DNA of 64,000 nt, taken from Escherichia phage vB_EcoM_G4498. The stretch lies in the sequence record NC_054918.1; one strand, given 5' to 3'. Positions 62,042 to 64,000 of the stretch are shown here, piece by piece. Numbering within the stretch: the first letter of the stretch is position 1; each line of letters starts with the position of its first letter. The position numbers and the translations under genes were made by a program. The notes beneath the pieces were generated by a model. That model did no database searches, was not told the origin of the DNA, and saw nothing but the letters and a program-made list of their open reading frames with translations.

Positions 62042-62371
62042 TCAATTAGAAAATAAATTTATCCAGGATTGTTCTTTAATTAAAAATGGCTCAGAATCAT
62101 ATGCCATTAAACTTTGGGTAATTAACCCTTTAAAAGGTCCATCAATAAATTCCATGGTAAAATATGGAATTTTATTCATTAGCCGTGCATTAGGAGCAGT
62201 ACATAAAACTCTGCATCCTTTGAATACACCTTTTTGTAATTTGTATTGCTTGGGATAAAATTCGCTCAAAATGTTATTATTTGCTAAAATTTCAAAATGA
62301 TTCACCAATTTATTTTTAATAGTTTTTGGCGAAAAATAAAGATATTCGAAAAGCTGAGTGTCTGTCATCAT
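62042..62371 (-). CDS. hypothetical protein (vs.7 position), 109 aa
   Basis: ATG at 62369-62371 overlaps the upstream stop (ATGA). Confidence 0.55.
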   Translation of the reverse strand: MMTDTQLFEYLYFSPKTIKNKLVNHFEILANNNILSEFYPKQYKLQKGVFKGCRVLCTAPNARLMNKIPYFTMEFIDGPFKGLITQSLMAYDSEPFLIKEQSWINLFSN

Positions 62372-62907
62372 TGCATTCCGATTATGAAAAACTGTGGACG
62401 AGTAATACCACCAATGCAACAGTTAATATTACAGCAGTGGTGTACAGTGTCAATATGGACACTATAAATCTTATCCATATCAGGAGATTTGACAGGCTCA
62501 TCAATTATATATAAAATTCGCGAAAGCGATAAACCTCTGAACTTGCTTCCTTTATTACCAATAAAACTGCGCACAGAATCAGTAAATAAACGAAAACGTA
62601 TATCATCATTAGAATAACGCGAAAATTCCTTTTTAATGTTATTTGCAGAAATTTTAGCGTAAGCTGAAGTATTAGAAAGAACAATAACTGTTCCGCCATC
62701 ATATAACCAATTAGCAGCAAAATTAGTCACAGCAATTGATTTACCGGATTGACGTCCACCATCTATACGAAGTGTGCAATACTGTTTAAGTAAGTCTTCA
62801 AATGGTGGGATATAATCGTTTTTACAAATTTCTTCTACTCTAGCATCAGAATGGTGTGTAAAAGCATTCATCAGGGATAGATAAGGACCAGTTAAAAATG
62901 TTCTCAT
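62368..62907 (-). CDS. P-loop NTPase (vs.8 position), 179 aa
   Basis: Walker A DGGRQSGKS and Walker B ILYIIDEP. Start at MRTFLTGPY (ATG 62905-62907) after AGAGAGAATAAA. Confidence 0.65.
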   Translation of the reverse strand: MRTFLTGPYLSLMNAFTHHSDARVEEICKNDYIPPFEDLLKQYCTLRIDGGRQSGKSIAVTNFAANWLYDGGTVIVLSNTSAYAKISANNIKKEFSRYSNDDIRFRLFTDSVRSFIGNKGSKFRGLSLSRILYIIDEPVKSPDMDKIYSVHIDTVHHCCNINCCIGGITRPQFFIIGMQ

Positions 62908-62940
62908 TTTATTCTCTCTAGGTTTGGGCCATTCCGTGGC

Positions 62941-62975
62941 GCATGAATTGTCCATTTCTGTATTTACCCATTACC
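62941..62975 (-). repeat. 35-nt element following an internal-protein gene (copy 1)
   Basis: gcatgaattgtccatttctgtatttacccattacc. 33/35 identical to 63577-63611. Confidence 0.8.
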
Positions 62976-63048
62976 GCACTTGGGCTCGACCTTATTACAT
63001 GTTGGCGGGAATCCCTCACAAAATCATGAGGTCCAGGTTGTTCCCATG

Positions 63049-63522
63049 TTATTTGAACGATTTAACGTACTGAATAGAACCTTTACTATTCACAAAGGCA
63101 ATTTTACCATTTTTGTTATACATAGTAGCAGTACGTTGATAACCGTAAGTTTGTTTACCAGATTGATAACCAACTAATGCGAAATTATCTTCACCCATTT
63201 TATTCTGTTTAGCGCGAATGCGTTCATGACCATGTGCCATAAGAACCTTAGCATCACCAGTTGCAATGGATCGACGAGTTTTTTCATCTTCAGCTGTATT
63301 AACAAAGTCGTCAAATGAATCAAATTTAGCATGAGATTTATTATACAGTTTTCCATCTACTGCATAATTATATCCTTGTACATCCATCTCAACTTCTGTA
63401 CCATCATCTAATACAGCAGTAATTTTCTGTCCTTTTTTAAATTTCAAAAGATCAGTAAAAGATTCAGCAATAATTTGAGAATTAATAGCTGCCTCAGTAA
63501 TAAATTCTTGATATGTTTTCAT
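63049..63522 (-). CDS. capsid-targeted internal head protein (IP family), 157 aa
   Basis: The N-terminus MKTYQEFITEA is the T4 internal-protein capsid targeting sequence with a prohead-protease site. The body does not match my memory of IPI/II/III. Confidence 0.75.
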   Translation of the reverse strand: MKTYQEFITEAAINSQIIAESFTDLLKFKKGQKITAVLDDGTEVEMDVQGYNYAVDGKLYNKSHAKFDSFDDFVNTAEDEKTRRSIATGDAKVLMAHGHERIRAKQNKMGEDNFALVGYQSGKQTYGYQRTATMYNKNGKIAFVNSKGSIQYVKSFK

Positions 63523-63563
63523 GTATATCCTTTAAATGTAAATAGTTTTATTCTTTAAGTTTT

Positions 63564-63589
63564 GGACAATTCACACGCATGAATTGTCC
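63564..63589 (-). other. perfect 10-bp stem / 6-nt loop hairpin between the two IP genes
   Basis: ggacaattca-cacgca-tgaattgtcc. Confidence 0.7.
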
Positions 63590-63611
63590 GTTTCTATATT
63601 TACCCATTACC
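63577..63611 (-). repeat. 35-nt element following an internal-protein gene (copy 2)
   Basis: gcatgaattgtccgtttctatatttacccattacc. Its low-coordinate end forms one arm of the perfect 10-bp hairpin at 63564-63589. Confidence 0.8.
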
Positions 63612-63630
63612 AGGTTCGAACTCGGCTTTA

Positions 63631-64000
63631 TTAAGAATTACCGCGGGCTGCATTAGCAACGGCGTAAGCGTACTGAACATTAGCGTCTTTAAACGTACCT
63701 TTAGAGGTATCTATTTCTGCCCTAAAGCCGCCTTTAGTCATAACATCGGCAAATTCTTTACGGAAAGCCATTGCATCAAGACTTCTCCATGATGATTTGT
63801 GCTTGGCAAATTCAAGACCTGCGAAGTTGACAGCTTTAGCCAATTTATTATCAATGACCCATTTACCGGCTTTAGGCACAAACTTCGGGCCTTTTTGTTT
63901 AGAGAACAGTTTTAAATTCCAGCGACGAAGGTCACTGTCGGCTTTAACAAAAGCTGCGTCTAAGTTACTAGCAACAACATCTTCAATATGAGCAAATTTA
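63631..64000 (-). CDS. 3-prime part of a gene running off the window end (probable second internal protein)
   Basis: The frame stays open from 63879 to 64000 (...KFAHIEDVVASNLDAAFVKADSDLRRWNLKLFSKQKGPKFVPKAGKW...). The track start is an internal GTG. Followed by the same 35-nt element that follows the IP gene. Confidence 0.6.
   Translation of the reverse strand, partial: KFAHIEDVVASNLDAAFVKADSDLRRWNLKLFSKQKGPKFVPKAGKWVIDNKLAKAVNFAGLEFAKHKSSWRSLDAMAFRKEFADVMTKGGFRAEIDTSKGTFKDANVQYAYAVANAARGNS

Noticed and set aside
63605-63630. tRNA-like GGTTCGAAC motif (T-arm look-alike) after the partial IP gene, and a similar GGTCGAGCCC near 62985 (minus-strand reading).
   Set aside because: The flanking bases do not form a T-stem (CCGAG against CTGGT). 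I could fold no acceptor, D or anticodon arms. I treat it as part of the IP-flanking repeat, not a tRNA.
1-64000. Scan for CRISPR arrays, rRNA/tRNA genes, group I introns, integrase or transposase genes, and prophage att-like repeats.
   Set aside because: I found no spaced direct-repeat arrays, no rRNA- or tRNA-like folds and no interrupted conserved genes. The only mobile elements seen are the three free-standing homing-endonuclease genes.

Overview
This window looks like the left arm (rIIA through the internal-protein genes) of a T-even, T4-like (Tequatrovirus) coliphage genome. I call about 125 tightly packed genes, all but two on the minus strand, many joined by ATGA, TAATG or GTGA stop/start overlaps. 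Genes recognised from their protein sequences: rIIA, topoisomerase 39, dexA, dda, srd, modA, modB, mrh, soc, dCTPase 56, primase 61, spackle, dmd, helicase 41, 40, uvsX, dCMP hydroxymethylase 42, imm, DNA polymerase 43, regA, clamp loader 62/44, clamp 45, rpbA, 46/47, alpha-glucosyltransferase, sigma factor 55, nrdH, nrdG, nrdD, endonuclease VII (49), pin, nrdC, rI, tk, vs, regB, and a capsid-targeted internal protein. Gene order follows my memory of the T4 map, but several alleles look T2/T6-like. Gene 39 is uninterrupted (no gene-60 split, mobA or bypass). A 280-aa DxD glycosyltransferase that I take to be beta-alpha-gt sits where I recall T4 beta-gt. nrdD has no intron. I see no segF, mobC or mobD, no dam between 56 and 61, and no denV before the ip genes. 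Three free-standing homing-endonuclease genes (two HNH, one GIY-YIG) sit at other junctions instead. Regulatory signals read by eye: 18 early promoters of the form GTTTAC-N18-TAnnAT, about 7 MotA-box middle promoters, 3 exact late TATAAATA boxes, 11 tetraloop-type terminator hairpins (9 with a UUCG loop), the gene 43 translational operator, and repeated promoter/leader cassettes. I found no rRNA, tRNA or CRISPR array. I do not see a self-evident, wholly new multi-gene system. The best leads are a TARG1/DarG-like macrodomain gene, the counter-defence gene cluster between 61 and 41 with extra unassigned ORFs, a capsid-targeting-like N-terminus on the small gene next to primase, a tandem family of coiled-coil-tailed proteins, an AAA ATPase plus nucleotidyltransferase pair, and the repeat-flanked internal-protein cassette. 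All homology statements come from memory and by-eye alignment, not from searches.
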